A stretch of DNA of 64,000 nt from Escherichia phage Bf23: sequence record OR083247.1; one strand, given 5' to 3'. Positions 7,086 to 16,803 of this stretch are shown here, piece after piece (position 1 is the stretch's first letter; each line of letters begins with the position of its first letter). The position numbers and the translations under genes are program-made. The notes beneath the pieces were generated by a model. The model did not search any database. It had not been told where the DNA came from and saw only the letters and a list, made by a program, of their open reading frames with translations.

Positions 7086-7724
7086 TTACTCTACTTCAAT
7101 GAAAGTAGAGGCGTTAGACTCGGACAGAACAAAATCAACATTTGTTGCAAAGTCCTGGTATTCCTCGTCATGCTGTTTAATCAGCTTCTCCAGTTCCAGC
7201 GGATCAATCAAGAATGGAGTATTCTTGAGTTCCAACAGGTTGAGCTGCATTTTAACTTCATCTTCGGAAGTTTTCTTATCGCGGGTAGCCATGCTATCCT
7301 GCAAACGCTCATATTTAGCATCAAACTGTGCTTTCTGCGTATTAAACTTAACCGTAGCGGCATGGAACTGCTTACGCATATTAGCCAGCAACTGAGCTTT
7401 AAGCTCCATAGAACGTTTAGCTTCAATTGCTTCTGCAACAGTCATTTTACGAGAACCAATCTCAACGATTGTTTCCGCATTGCTCTTAATCAAAGCAGCT
7501 TTGATTCGGTCACGCTGGGACATCATATCCAGCAGAGACTGGAAATCTGTCTTAATACGATTAGACAGATCTTCTACTTCGATTGCAGCGCCAACTACAA
7601 CCTGGTTTTTATCCTTACCCTCACCAACAGCGATCAGAAGCTGTTGTTCAGTAGCTTTACGGATTTTAGCTTCCAGAGATTTGATGGTTGCCAGAGCACG
7701 AGTTTTAGAAATACGAGTGGTCAT
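7086..7724 (-). CDS. hypothetical coiled-coil protein (212 aa)
   Basis: Charged heptad-rich sequence; co-directional with neighbours; preferred over the overlapping plus-strand ORF 6945-7742. Confidence 0.55.
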   Translation of the reverse strand: MTTRISKTRALATIKSLEAKIRKATEQQLLIAVGEGKDKNQVVVGAAIEVEDLSNRIKTDFQSLLDMMSQRDRIKAALIKSNAETIVEIGSRKMTVAEAIEAKRSMELKAQLLANMRKQFHAATVKFNTQKAQFDAKYERLQDSMATRDKKTSEDEVKMQLNLLELKNTPFLIDPLELEKLIKQHDEEYQDFATNVDFVLSESNASTFIEVE

Positions 7725-7776
7725 TGTTTCTTCCTTATATGAAGTTTAAGATTTGAATTTATTTAAAGTTGGCCTA

Positions 7777-7959
7777 TTACAGACCCATTGCCAGTAAGGT
7801 ACGCAGAACAGTATCTTTACTGTTATCAATTTTAGGGTTAGCACGATTTAGCAGATCAAAGATTTTCTGGACACCTGATTGACGTTCAACCATACGACGG
7901 ATACCCAGATTACGAGTAGCTTTCTTACCATTTTTACGAACATTTTTAGATACTGGCAT
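7777..7959 (-). CDS. small basic protein (60 aa)
   Basis: ORF track; K/R-rich. Confidence 0.4.
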   Translation of the reverse strand: MPVSKNVRKNGKKATRNLGIRRMVERQSGVQKIFDLLNRANPKIDNSKDTVLRTLLAMGL

Positions 7960-7999
7960 ATTTGTTTTCCTTTTATTGTTTTCTCAAATTTATGAATAT

Positions 8000-8028
8000 A
8001 TTATACAGAATTTTGGAGCCGGAAGCAA
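8000..8028 (-). promoter_or_regulatory. early promoter (-35 TTGCTT, 17-nt spacer, -10 TATAAT)
   Basis: Consensus hexamers on the minus strand. Confidence 0.6.
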
Positions 8029-8029
8029 A

Positions 8030-8731
8030 TCAAATTTTCATTTTTTCGATCATAGCTGCAACACAATAGCTCTCAACTAAGGCATCAAATGCTGGGTCGT
8101 GCTTAACCGGATAGATTCCATAACGAATGGTGTCCATCTTCTCCATCTTAGCTTTTGCCCAGCTAATCCCCTCTGCTTCTAGGTCTTTGTAACTATAACC
8201 AGCCTGCATCCAGAGATTGCGGAGAGATCGAACATTACCCAAATTCCAGAATTTCCACGGAATTATTTCCTCATGGGTTCCAGCATGAAACGTATTTGCA
8301 GAATAGATAGTCATATCAAATTCTGGGCCATTACCGTAGTATAGAGCATTTTCACCTAGAGCCAACTCCATAATGTTTTTAGCCATAGAATAAGCTGCAT
8401 AGTTAGAGCCGAGCTTATTAGTACAGTGATGTTTACCGTCTTGAAAAGCAATCAGCTTTGGATTGCATTCCTTCATAGCTTCCATAATATGTAGAGCTGA
8501 TGGGCTATTTTTAGCTTGATCCATCCAGAATGCTAGGGTAGATGCCGTAACTTTAGCTCCAGAATTAAGCTGATCTTGTACATCCAAAGTAACAAACACT
8601 AGATCAGGATCTTTATCAATTCCATGCATAGCCACAAAAGCGAAAGAAGGCATTACGATATGAGTAGTACCGCAATCTCCCGGAGTTCCTAGAGATTCAA
8701 TATCTAACATACCAAATGGTTTTACTTTCAT
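8030..8731 (-). CDS. DEDDh-type 3'-5' exonuclease-like protein (233 aa)
   Basis: Exo I-like MLDIESLG, Exo II-like N..PEFD, Exo III-like HDPAFDA. Confidence 0.5.
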   Translation of the reverse strand: MKVKPFGMLDIESLGTPGDCGTTHIVMPSFAFVAMHGIDKDPDLVFVTLDVQDQLNSGAKVTASTLAFWMDQAKNSPSALHIMEAMKECNPKLIAFQDGKHHCTNKLGSNYAAYSMAKNIMELALGENALYYGNGPEFDMTIYSANTFHAGTHEEIIPWKFWNLGNVRSLRNLWMQAGYSYKDLEAEGISWAKAKMEKMDTIRYGIYPVKHDPAFDALVESYCVAAMIEKMKI

Positions 8732-8759
8732 AACTTATCCTTTATTGTGTAGAAAACTA

Positions 8760-8996
8760 TTAAAGAGCTGTCTCTTTAATAGACTCCCACTTCTTGGGGT
8801 CTTTAAAACCAGGAAGCATATCTTCACTAACATCCCAGTTTTCTTCCATAGAAAAGTCTGGCCATTCATTCCAGCTACCTTCTAGCTCTTCATAACAGGT
8901 ATCCATTACCTCATGACTAGAAAGTCGTGTATAATCTCTAGCGGACTTATGAGTGCTAGCACGGTTAAAATCATTCTTTGCTACAAAATTACGCAT
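8760..8996 (-). CDS. hypothetical acidic protein (78 aa)
   Basis: ORF track. Confidence 0.4.
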   Translation of the reverse strand: MRNFVAKNDFNRASTHKSARDYTRLSSHEVMDTCYEELEGSWNEWPDFSMEENWDVSEDMLPGFKDPKKWESIKETAL

Positions 8997-9037
8997 AGTT
9001 TCTCCGAACTAAGAGGGGCTTTCGCCCCTCTTATCTA

Positions 9038-9553
9038 TTACTTCGCTTTACGTTTACGAGCTGGTTTAGCAGATTTACGAGCAGAATCACCCGTGAACTT
9101 AATGCCTACACCGTAACACAGAGCACGAACATTATCTTTACTATACTCTACGCCAAAGATATTTGGCTTAACAGAACCAAACTGTCCACGAGTATCACGC
9201 AATACATCTGCCGTTGGTTTGCGTTTCTGGTTAACTGCTTTCTCGTAATCTTTCATGGCCATGCCATTACGAGGGAACAATTCTGCTCCAGCATTGAAAC
9301 TCAGTGTTACTGGAACAGATTTGTGACCATAACCCTGTACATAGGTCACAAGGCGGGCTACAGAACGAGTAGCATTCTTAGCCTTCGGCTTTTGACGAAT
9401 CGGAGCCGGATGATTCAGTGCCTGTGCAGCTTGAGCATCAGTAGGGTGCTTGCGCAGGTGGCGTTCCAGACGAGCTTTGCGGTTAGCCTCAGTCTGCGGG
9501 AAAGTTTTAACTGTAGTAGCTGCTTGAGTTTTTGCGTTTTTCTGCTTAGCCAT
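9038..9553 (-). CDS. hypothetical basic protein (171 aa)
   Basis: ORF track; Lys/Arg-rich termini. Confidence 0.5.
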   Translation of the reverse strand: MAKQKNAKTQAATTVKTFPQTEANRKARLERHLRKHPTDAQAAQALNHPAPIRQKPKAKNATRSVARLVTYVQGYGHKSVPVTLSFNAGAELFPRNGMAMKDYEKAVNQKRKPTADVLRDTRGQFGSVKPNIFGVEYSKDNVRALCYGVGIKFTGDSARKSAKPARKRKAK

Positions 9554-9591
9554 TATTTGTTTTCCTTTTTGTTTATCAATTTATGAAGTAT

Positions 9592-9620
9592 ATTATACGA
9601 GAATTTGAAGCGTTTAGCAA
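9592..9620 (-). promoter_or_regulatory. early promoter (-35 TTGCTA, 17-nt spacer, -10 TATAAT)
   Basis: Consensus hexamers upstream of the 9038-9553 gene. Confidence 0.6.
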
Positions 9621-9636
9621 ATGAATTTTTTAAAAA

Positions 9637-9915
9637 TTATCTGCCGACCAGCTTAGCTTGTTCTTCATCAGAAACGTATTGATATGCACCCTTGTTATAC
9701 GCCGGAGCAGTACACATTTTCTTACGCTCAATCTCTTCTTGAGCTTTTCTTTCGCGTTCAGCTAATTCTTCATCCAGATAAACTAAACGTTGTTCTGGAG
9801 GAGGTGGAAGACGTGTTTCTGGCTCACCAATATTAGCCTTTCTTATTTGACGAGGTGATTGTGCACGTTTTCTCAACGGTTTAAATCCTAATGAATTTGA
9901 GTTATAAATTCGCAT
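9637..9915 (-). CDS. hypothetical protein (92 aa)
   Basis: ORF track. Confidence 0.4.
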   Translation of the reverse strand: MRIYNSNSLGFKPLRKRAQSPRQIRKANIGEPETRLPPPPEQRLVYLDEELAERERKAQEEIERKKMCTAPAYNKGAYQYVSDEEQAKLVGR

Positions 9916-9991
9916 AAAGCCCTCCTCACTTTCAATATGAATATTATACTAAATTAGAGGGCTTTAAGCAAGAAGATTTTTAATTTATTTA

Positions 9992-10468
9992 TCACATCTC
10001 AGCAAGTTCTTGCTCAGTAATAACTGTATTACATAGTGCATCTACAGCTTCATTACCACTAATTCCTGAGTGCCCTTTTACCTTAATAAAAGTAGGATTA
10101 GTATTGTGGAAGTTAATGTATTGCTGAGTTAATTTAAATGCTTCTTGCCAAAGCTCTAGATTAAGAGGGATTTCACCATCTGCTTTCTTCCAGCCTTTCC
10201 TCTGCCAAGAAAACATCCAACTTTCCATACCATTTTTGCAATAAGCAGAATCAGTATAGATAACAATTGGTCTATTATCTTTTTTAACTGACCAACGTAG
10301 AGCCTCTACAATAGCCGTGAGTTCCATCTCATTATTTGTAGTTTTAGGACTATATCCAGATTTAGAACCTAGACGATCGTCGTTATCATCATAGACAATA
10401 AAACCCCAAGCACCTAAACCCGGATTGCCTTTACATGCACCATCTGTATATATATGAAATGTACTCAT
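9992..10468 (-). CDS. rnh: ribonuclease H
   Basis: IYTDGACKGNPG..TNNEMEL..YTDS..G..W..W..KGH clearly aligns with RNase HI. Confidence 0.85.
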   Translation of the reverse strand: MSTFHIYTDGACKGNPGLGAWGFIVYDDNDDRLGSKSGYSPKTTNNEMELTAIVEALRWSVKKDNRPIVIYTDSAYCKNGMESWMFSWQRKGWKKADGEIPLNLELWQEAFKLTQQYINFHNTNPTFIKVKGHSGISGNEAVDALCNTVITEQELAEM

Positions 10469-11010
10469 CTATTAAGTTCCTCTAATGTAGGATAATAGTT
10501 ATTATAAAATGTTTCTTCTACAGCATCTTTACCATGTAACTCATGTCGCAAGGTATTTGCTTTTAATACGGCGTTCTCTAAATCTAGATATTCGAATATT
10601 CCACCATAAATATTCTTACCCTCACAATTTATTATCTGTACTTGCCACTTTTGTAGCTGTTTATTCCAATGTACTCCTAAGTACCCTGATTTGCTAGAGG
10701 CAGTGCAGTTTCTATTATTAATTTGACTAGTAGATTCTCTTAAATTTTTCCATCTATTATCTGACCGTATACGATTTATATGATCTACTAAGTCAGGAAT
10801 ACTTCCTGTCATATACAGAAATGCCAGTCTATGGGCTAGATAATCTACCTTATCTATTTTTATAGTTATATAACCATCTTTTCTTAAATAGCCAGCAACT
10901 GCTCCGGCTTTACCTCCCCTACCTCTACTTATTTTATTAGTAAATATTCCAGTATCGGGATCATAATTTAGAAGTTCTTTTAATCTCTCTAGTGTCGGTT
11001 GTTTACTCAT
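10465..11010 (-). CDS. HNH endonuclease with AP2-like DNA-binding domain (181 aa)
   Basis: HNH-like DHINRIRSDNRWKNL and AP2-like GYLGVHWNKQLQKWQVQI; sits between rnh and the thyA side. Confidence 0.65.
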   Translation of the reverse strand: MSKQPTLERLKELLNYDPDTGIFTNKISRGRGGKAGAVAGYLRKDGYITIKIDKVDYLAHRLAFLYMTGSIPDLVDHINRIRSDNRWKNLRESTSQINNRNCTASSKSGYLGVHWNKQLQKWQVQIINCEGKNIYGGIFEYLDLENAVLKANTLRHELHGKDAVEETFYNNYYPTLEELNR

Positions 11011-11386
11011 CCAACCATCCTATGTCTATACTAAGTAATGCTTTTATTCCTGTAATACCTGTACCATAAGTATTATATCGAATAGCACTTCTGCTCTTTA
11101 CTTCAAGTATATTTTCATGCTCTGTATTTTCTAGAATTTCTGTAGATATACCTAAATATCCTGATTGATCTTCCTCGTCCCAACCCATATCTTCTAGAAG
11201 ATTTAGACGTAATTCTACCTTCTCATCTCCATTGCCTACAGAGTAGTAGTCTTCTAAAGTCCTGAATTTAGAAGTGATAGAGTCTAGTATTAATAATATC
11301 TGTTCCTTAGTAATAGTTTCTTTATCGCCATGCAAGTAATTGGAGTAATTCAGAAGGGCTTGTTCTAATTCAATTTCTTTACTCAT
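11003..11386 (-). CDS. hypothetical acidic protein (127 aa)
   Basis: ORF track; strongly D/E-rich. Confidence 0.5.
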   Translation of the reverse strand: MSKEIELEQALLNYSNYLHGDKETITKEQILLILDSITSKFRTLEDYYSVGNGDEKVELRLNLLEDMGWDEEDQSGYLGISTEILENTEHENILEVKSRSAIRYNTYGTGITGIKALLSIDIGWLDE

Positions 11387-11485
11387 TTTATTATCCTTTT
11401 GTACTTATTGAGTATATTATACTTAAAATTTCACTAAATAAGCAAATGAAATTTTAAATATAATAGCCCCGAAGGGCTATTTAAT

Positions 11486-12325
11486 TTAAGAGGACATTTT
11501 AGCTTTAAGAGCTGGATGAGGATCATACCCCTCTAAATGGAATGACCAAGCTGCTGTATTATTTTCTAATAAATCGTAAAGATCTACAAACTCTGGCATT
11601 ACTAGAGTTGGCAGAGGGCGTGGCTTGCGTTTTACCTGTTCTTCTACCTGTTCCATGTGGTCATTATAGATATGAGTATCACCGCCACTAAAGATAAGAT
11701 AACGAGGTTTTAATCCTGTCAGTTTTGCTAATATATGCGTTAATAAAGCATAACTAGCAATATTGAAAGGTAAACCGAGGAAACAATCCACAGAACGTTG
11801 TGTCCATTTAAGATCTAGGTATCCATCGTTACTTACATAGCACTGGAAGCCGTAGTGACAGGGTGGTAATGCCATTTTATCAAGTTCAGCTACGTTCCAT
11901 GCAGAAACTAGATGTCTGCGGCCATGAGGATTATTCTTGAGTCCTTCAATAAGTTCTAGAATCTGATCTCGCCCACCAAAGTTGCGCCACTGTTTACCAT
12001 ATACTGGTCCTAGATTACCCTTATCATACCCCATACTTATAGCTTGGTCTTCATAATTTGGAGTCCAGATGGTCCACTGTCCTTCGTCACGACCAAATGT
12101 GAATACACGTAGATCATGGAGATTTGTGGAACCAGACAAGAACCATAAGAGTTCTCCTACTACTGATTTCCAGGCCAGGCGTTTAGTAGTTACAGCCGGG
12201 AATCCCTCACGTAGGTCGAACTTAGCATAGGAATCAAAAATCGAAACTGTGCCCGTTCCTGTACGATCGTTACGTGGTTCACCTAGTAAAATTACATCTG
12301 TCAAAATTTTTAAGTATTGTTGCAT
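11486..12325 (-). CDS. thyA: thymidylate synthase
   Basis: Conserved PPCH..FQ and LPFNIASYALLTH..GGDTHIYNDH motifs. Confidence 0.9.
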   Translation of the reverse strand: MQQYLKILTDVILLGEPRNDRTGTGTVSIFDSYAKFDLREGFPAVTTKRLAWKSVVGELLWFLSGSTNLHDLRVFTFGRDEGQWTIWTPNYEDQAISMGYDKGNLGPVYGKQWRNFGGRDQILELIEGLKNNPHGRRHLVSAWNVAELDKMALPPCHYGFQCYVSNDGYLDLKWTQRSVDCFLGLPFNIASYALLTHILAKLTGLKPRYLIFSGGDTHIYNDHMEQVEEQVKRKPRPLPTLVMPEFVDLYDLLENNTAAWSFHLEGYDPHPALKAKMSS

Positions 12326-12858
12326 TAATAAGTAACCAATTCCTGTACAAATCGCAGGCTGTTATCACTGTTTGCGCCAGTTGCGTAAACTAAACGAGTA
12401 GATTCATAGTTGTAATCTAGAATCGTATTATCCAGATGTACATCTGCCTCTAGTTTTTGATCACTAAAGATTGTGGATACAAAAGCACTTTCAATATGTC
12501 CATGAATATACATTTCTAGAAGAAGGTTAGCCCCACCTAGAACTACTGTCTGCTGATCTTTCAGAAATGTAGGTAAAGCATCCCCAATCTTAGAAATTGG
12601 AGTGTAAATATCATGTGTAATATCGTCTGGCAGTGGACGATCAGCACGAATAAATAGGTCAGAAGCTCCAATCATACGTTCTCTAACGGCGTATGGAAGA
12701 GCTAAATAAGTACCCGCACCAATGATGATGTTATCTGGATTCAACACGTCCAGTTGAGAATAGAAAGCATCTAGTTCTTCTTTGAAGGAACCCCATGGAA
12801 GTTTACCGCGGAGGCCGAACTCCCCATTCGGCCCAACTGCATACATTGCTGTAATCAT
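12325..12858 (-). CDS. frd: dihydrofolate reductase
   Basis: DHFR-like N-terminus MITAMYAVGPNGEFGLRGKLPW, about 177 aa; coupled to thyA and nrdB by overlaps. Confidence 0.8.
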   Translation of the reverse strand: MITAMYAVGPNGEFGLRGKLPWGSFKEELDAFYSQLDVLNPDNIIIGAGTYLALPYAVRERMIGASDLFIRADRPLPDDITHDIYTPISKIGDALPTFLKDQQTVVLGGANLLLEMYIHGHIESAFVSTIFSDQKLEADVHLDNTILDYNYESTRLVYATGANSDNSLRFVQELVTY

Positions 12859-14000
12859 AAGAAATCTCCAAATTCATTACCTAGATCTTTCAGAGTATCA
12901 GCAGAGGTCTCAGTTACCTGACCTACACGGTAAGCTGCACCAATCTGGATTTCTTGCGGAGCAGGCTGTAGAGAAGTAGTATCCAACCAGTTCATGATCC
13001 ATGGAATAGGGTTTTTGGTGATTACTGGTAAGTGACTAGGCCATTCTACACCGATGTGCATAAATGCATTACGCCCCACAAAGTACAGATATTCTTCTAG
13101 AAGTTCTGCATTCAAGCCAATCAGACTACGACCTTTGAAAATGAAATGACCCCATTCAATTTCAGTTTTCAGAGTTTTCAGGAGCTGTGCTGGTGCTTTA
13201 GCCACTGCTTCATCTACCAGATCTTTGTCAAACTGCTGGAACATAATCTGGATGATTGCTTTAGACATCTGAGTGTGCAGAGCTTCATCTTTAGCGATTA
13301 ATTGCAGATTTTTAGCAATACCTTGCAGAATATCGTTCTCTGCTAATGCAAAGGTACATGCAAAGGATGCGTAAAACTGCATTGCTTCCAGACCATAGAT
13401 CGCAAAGTAAGCGTCTAATAGCTTAGCCTGAGTTTCACGTTTAACCTCAGGGAACTCAGTTTCTGGATATGTATTGTCGCCACGATGATCGCGTACTGCG
13501 ATGAAATACTGACCTAACTGGTACAGTTCATCGAATAGTTCAACAGAATCAGCGATGCGTGCGAATGCTTCTTGGTTTTTGGTTACAGAATCAATAAATT
13601 CTGCTGGATCAGTCAGAACATTACGAATAATATTGCTATAAGCACGACTATGCAGGTCTTCAAAATAGCTCCACTGTTTGAGCATACCTTCCAGTTCTGG
13701 ACGACTTACAAGCGGCATAATAGCTGCTTCAGGGGCACGACTGATAAAGGAATCAGTTTGAGTCTGCCATGCTAAGTTCAGGAGTGTGATTTCCTGGATT
13801 TCACGTGGGAGATTGGGCCATTGTTTCTTATCTGCTTCCAGACTGATTTCAGTTTCAGTCCAAAATTGAGAGCGTTGCAGAAGTGCCAGACGTTCTAGTT
13901 CTGGATGTGCTACACGTACATAATCTGCGATACCTAGAGAATCGCCCAGGAAAAGATCAGCGTTAGTATGATCCCAATTCAGGTTTAGTAAAGTAGTCAT
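12855..14000 (-). CDS. nrdB: ribonucleotide reductase small subunit (class Ia)
   Basis: 381 aa, ferritin-like, adjacent to nrdA. Confidence 0.85.
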   Translation of the reverse strand: MTTLLNLNWDHTNADLFLGDSLGIADYVRVAHPELERLALLQRSQFWTETEISLEADKKQWPNLPREIQEITLLNLAWQTQTDSFISRAPEAAIMPLVSRPELEGMLKQWSYFEDLHSRAYSNIIRNVLTDPAEFIDSVTKNQEAFARIADSVELFDELYQLGQYFIAVRDHRGDNTYPETEFPEVKRETQAKLLDAYFAIYGLEAMQFYASFACTFALAENDILQGIAKNLQLIAKDEALHTQMSKAIIQIMFQQFDKDLVDEAVAKAPAQLLKTLKTEIEWGHFIFKGRSLIGLNAELLEEYLYFVGRNAFMHIGVEWPSHLPVITKNPIPWIMNWLDTTSLQPAPQEIQIGAAYRVGQVTETSADTLKDLGNEFGDFL

Positions 14001-14031
14001 TGATTTTCCTCTTTCTCACTATTTCAGGAAT

Positions 14032-14060
14032 ATTATAGCAAATCAGGTAGCGATTAGCAA
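14032..14060 (-). promoter_or_regulatory. early promoter (-35 TTGCTA, 17-nt spacer, -10 TATAAT) upstream of nrdB
   Basis: Consensus hexamers on the minus strand. Confidence 0.6.
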
Positions 14061-14061
14061 G

Positions 14062-14100
14062 TAAAATTTCAAAGAAAAAGGAGACCCGAAGATCTCCTTG
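14062..14100 (-). terminator. rho-independent terminator after nrdA
   Basis: Hairpin AGGAGA..TCTCCT flanked by T-runs on both strands. Confidence 0.55.
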
Positions 14101-14107
14101 TTTTTTA

Positions 14108-16438
14108 TTATAACTGGCAACCACCCGAAGCACAACCCGCTGCTTCTTCACCAGCCCCACCACCATTTGCAGTGTTGAAGTTTGCGTAGTACCAAGTCTT
14201 CCAACCATATTTAACAGCAGTCATGAAATCACGAACTACTACCGGGCCAGGAATGATTTCATTCTCAAACTTGGTGTAGTCATAGTACATATTAGTACTG
14301 ATAGACTGGCTGAAGAATTTCTGCATAGTTGCTACCCATTTGATCCATTCAATACGATCTACATCATAAGCCAGTTTATAGCTCATTAACGTTTCCCAGT
14401 CGGTTGCACCTGGAGCAATTGCAATTACTTTATTCACTGCACTACCCTTGATAGATACAATCTTACGAGGTGGTTCAATAGAGTTAGTAACCCCTAACAG
14501 AACGGAAGAACTTTCTCCCGGCATCTGCGCAGTCAGAACAGAATTACGCATACCGTACTTCAGAATGTCTGCACGCAGAGATTCCCAATCCATTTCTAGA
14601 CCTACGGATACCAACTCATCAACAGTTTTCTTATACGTGTCGATTACCAGGATTCCTTTGGATGGTTTAGTACGATTAAACCATTCACATGCACCTTGCT
14701 CTTTGGCTAGACGTACAGAGGCTTTATGCAGGAAGTAGGACAATTTTTCAGCTTCACGATGAATCCAGTTACGAGCCTCAATACCTTCATAAGCCAGACC
14801 TTCTGCTGCCATTGCACCTGCTGCGTTCATAAGGCCAATACCAACGTTACGACGTTTCTTAGCTGTATATTCCATGGTCGGGAACGGATAGTCCTGAATT
14901 TCAATAATTGTATCAACGAATTTCAGGAGGATGTAGCAGGTTTTTTCCCACTCAGCCAGAGATTCCATGCGTCCAAGTACAACACCACCTAAGTTACACA
15001 GAGATACTTCACCAATATCCTCCGGCTTCATTTGATCAAGTTGTTCTTTTGTTTTATACAGTTCCGTGATATGATGGAACGGGCGTGTAGGTTGAGTAAT
15101 TTCAACACAAAGGTTTGTCATACGGATCGGATCAAGGAAGTTACCGTGACGATTAGATTCCCCGATGTGGTGAGCATACATACGTCCTGTTTCCATTCGG
15201 ATACGTAGCCAAGTATCTAGGATTTCTTTTGCAGAGACTTTAGGAGCTGCTGGAACTGTTTTTCCTTCGTGGTCGATCTTTGTAAGAGATGCCACACGTT
15301 TCTCCGCTGCCACATAGATTTCTTCAAATTTAGCCTCGTCATCACTATAAAACGCTTCATGAACTTCTGGAGCATAGAAGTATGACATTAGCGTAATATC
15401 TTCATTTTTCAGATAACGTTTTAACAAAAGATTGTTGAAGCTCAGAGAATAATCCATCTTATCGATTTTATTCTCATCTGTAGCACGTTGTTGCTTAACC
15501 TGCATCAATTGAATGATTTCAGGGTCAAAGTATGGATAAGACACTGTAGCAGAACCACCACGAGTTTGCTGAGTATTGGCCTTTACTGAGCGGTCAATGT
15601 GTCGATAATATGGCAGTTTTCCGGAATGCGGGAATGCCCCATTTCGCACCGGATCAGCAATTGATCGGCTTTCAAGATGATACCCGATTCCCGCTCTGGC
15701 TGCGACCATTTTGAAGACGATGTGCTCGGCGGTGTCGATTGAATCCAACGTGTCAGTGGAATCCACGAGGCAGCAACTAGCAAATCCACGGTCACTAGAG
15801 CGCAGACCAACCAGTGGCGGCGTAGGAACGTTGATTTTGTGGAGCGACATTGCGTTGTAGAGGTCGATTGCATCTAGAATTGTCCAGTTAGGTTGAGATA
15901 ACATCGCCATTGCCATACCCATGTAGGCAAACTGCGGAGTTTCATAAATTTCACCAGTGGCTATGTTGCGGCGGGAATACTTATCAAAGAACTGCTTCAG
16001 TCCACCACTAGTAAAAAGACGGTCACGATCATGGTCGATAACCTGATTCAGAGCTTCAAATTGCTCATCGGTAATCCATGCACTCATGTCTTCCCATGCA
16101 CCTACGCTAACCATGTGGTCATGGAAGAAGCGCAGAGAAGGTGGTTCGAAAGAATCATAAAGGCGTTTACGCATTTGCGCAAGACGTAATTCCTTTGCTG
16201 GCACATCGTATGCTGGGTTATCTTTGATAAGACTTTCAGCAGCCTTAATTAATGCGTCCATCAGAGTGTCGGAATCTACAACCCCTTTAGGCAGAGTTTT
16301 TTGAGCAGCCATAGTAATGGCTGACCAACTTACATCAACTGTTTTGCAACCATACTCTGCCCAACCATTGAGTTTTTCAGGAGCAAAGTCTTCTACAGTA
16401 CCGTCACGTTTAATTACTTTTTCAATGCGATGGCTCAT
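14108..16438 (-). CDS. nrdA: ribonucleotide reductase large subunit (class Ia)
   Basis: About 776 aa; start moved to MSHRIEKV (ATG at 16436-16438) because of an AAAGGAAAG RBS; the ORF-track start lies 35 codons upstream. Confidence 0.9.
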   Translation of the reverse strand: MSHRIEKVIKRDGTVEDFAPEKLNGWAEYGCKTVDVSWSAITMAAQKTLPKGVVDSDTLMDALIKAAESLIKDNPAYDVPAKELRLAQMRKRLYDSFEPPSLRFFHDHMVSVGAWEDMSAWITDEQFEALNQVIDHDRDRLFTSGGLKQFFDKYSRRNIATGEIYETPQFAYMGMAMAMLSQPNWTILDAIDLYNAMSLHKINVPTPPLVGLRSSDRGFASCCLVDSTDTLDSIDTAEHIVFKMVAARAGIGYHLESRSIADPVRNGAFPHSGKLPYYRHIDRSVKANTQQTRGGSATVSYPYFDPEIIQLMQVKQQRATDENKIDKMDYSLSFNNLLLKRYLKNEDITLMSYFYAPEVHEAFYSDDEAKFEEIYVAAEKRVASLTKIDHEGKTVPAAPKVSAKEILDTWLRIRMETGRMYAHHIGESNRHGNFLDPIRMTNLCVEITQPTRPFHHITELYKTKEQLDQMKPEDIGEVSLCNLGGVVLGRMESLAEWEKTCYILLKFVDTIIEIQDYPFPTMEYTAKKRRNVGIGLMNAAGAMAAEGLAYEGIEARNWIHREAEKLSYFLHKASVRLAKEQGACEWFNRTKPSKGILVIDTYKKTVDELVSVGLEMDWESLRADILKYGMRNSVLTAQMPGESSSVLLGVTNSIEPPRKIVSIKGSAVNKVIAIAPGATDWETLMSYKLAYDVDRIEWIKWVATMQKFFSQSISTNMYYDYTKFENEIIPGPVVVRDFMTAVKYGWKTWYYANFNTANGGGAGEEAAGCASGGCQL

Positions 16439-16559
16439 TTGGCTTTCCTTTTTATAGTTATCAGGATTTAAGGAATATTCTACTTTATTATCGGTCATTA
16501 GGCAAATAAAATTTTCTGATAGAAAAGGCCCGAGTATTTTCATACCCAGGCCCTGTATA

Positions 16560-16802
16560 TTACCAGTCTAGCTTTTTAGCTTGTTCAATTACTTTAGCTC
16601 TAGCTACTTCTTTTAATAGAATATCTATAGAGGTGCTCAGCTCGTTATAATTGAATGGTTTATTTGGATTTGAGGTTACAATTTTCCACGCTAGGGTTGT
16701 CTTAGGACTTTCTTCCCCTTCCTTACGTGTAATCATATTAGCAGCACTCAGTGAAGTACGATGTATTTTAGTTTTACGGCTCAGATGAACGACGTTTCCC
16801 AT
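16560..16802 (-). CDS. hypothetical protein (about 81 aa)
   Basis: Start taken at internal MGNVVHL, which overlaps the phoH stop. Confidence 0.4.
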   Translation of the reverse strand: MGNVVHLSRKTKIHRTSLSAANMITRKEGEESPKTTLAWKIVTSNPNKPFNYNELSTSIDILLKEVARAKVIEQAKKLDW

Positions 16803-16803
16803 A

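Noticed and set aside
6945-7742. 265-aa plus-strand ORF (and nested plus-strand ORFs 7099-7395 and 7480-7749, minus-strand 7208-7438)
   Set aside because: It overlaps the minus-strand coiled-coil gene 7086-7724 on the opposite strand. The translation is hydrophobic and low-complexity, and every neighbouring gene is on the minus strand, so it is most likely an antisense artefact.
9009-9033. Hairpin AAGAGGGGC-TTTC-GCCCCTCTT as a terminator
   Set aside because: The stem is good but there is no convincing U-tract on either strand, so it is not listed as a feature. It could still be an RNA stability element.
14448-15873. Internal ORFs 14448-14738, 14726-14992 (plus) and 15583-15873 (minus, alternative frame)
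   Set aside because: They are nested within the well-supported nrdA gene and are shadow ORFs.
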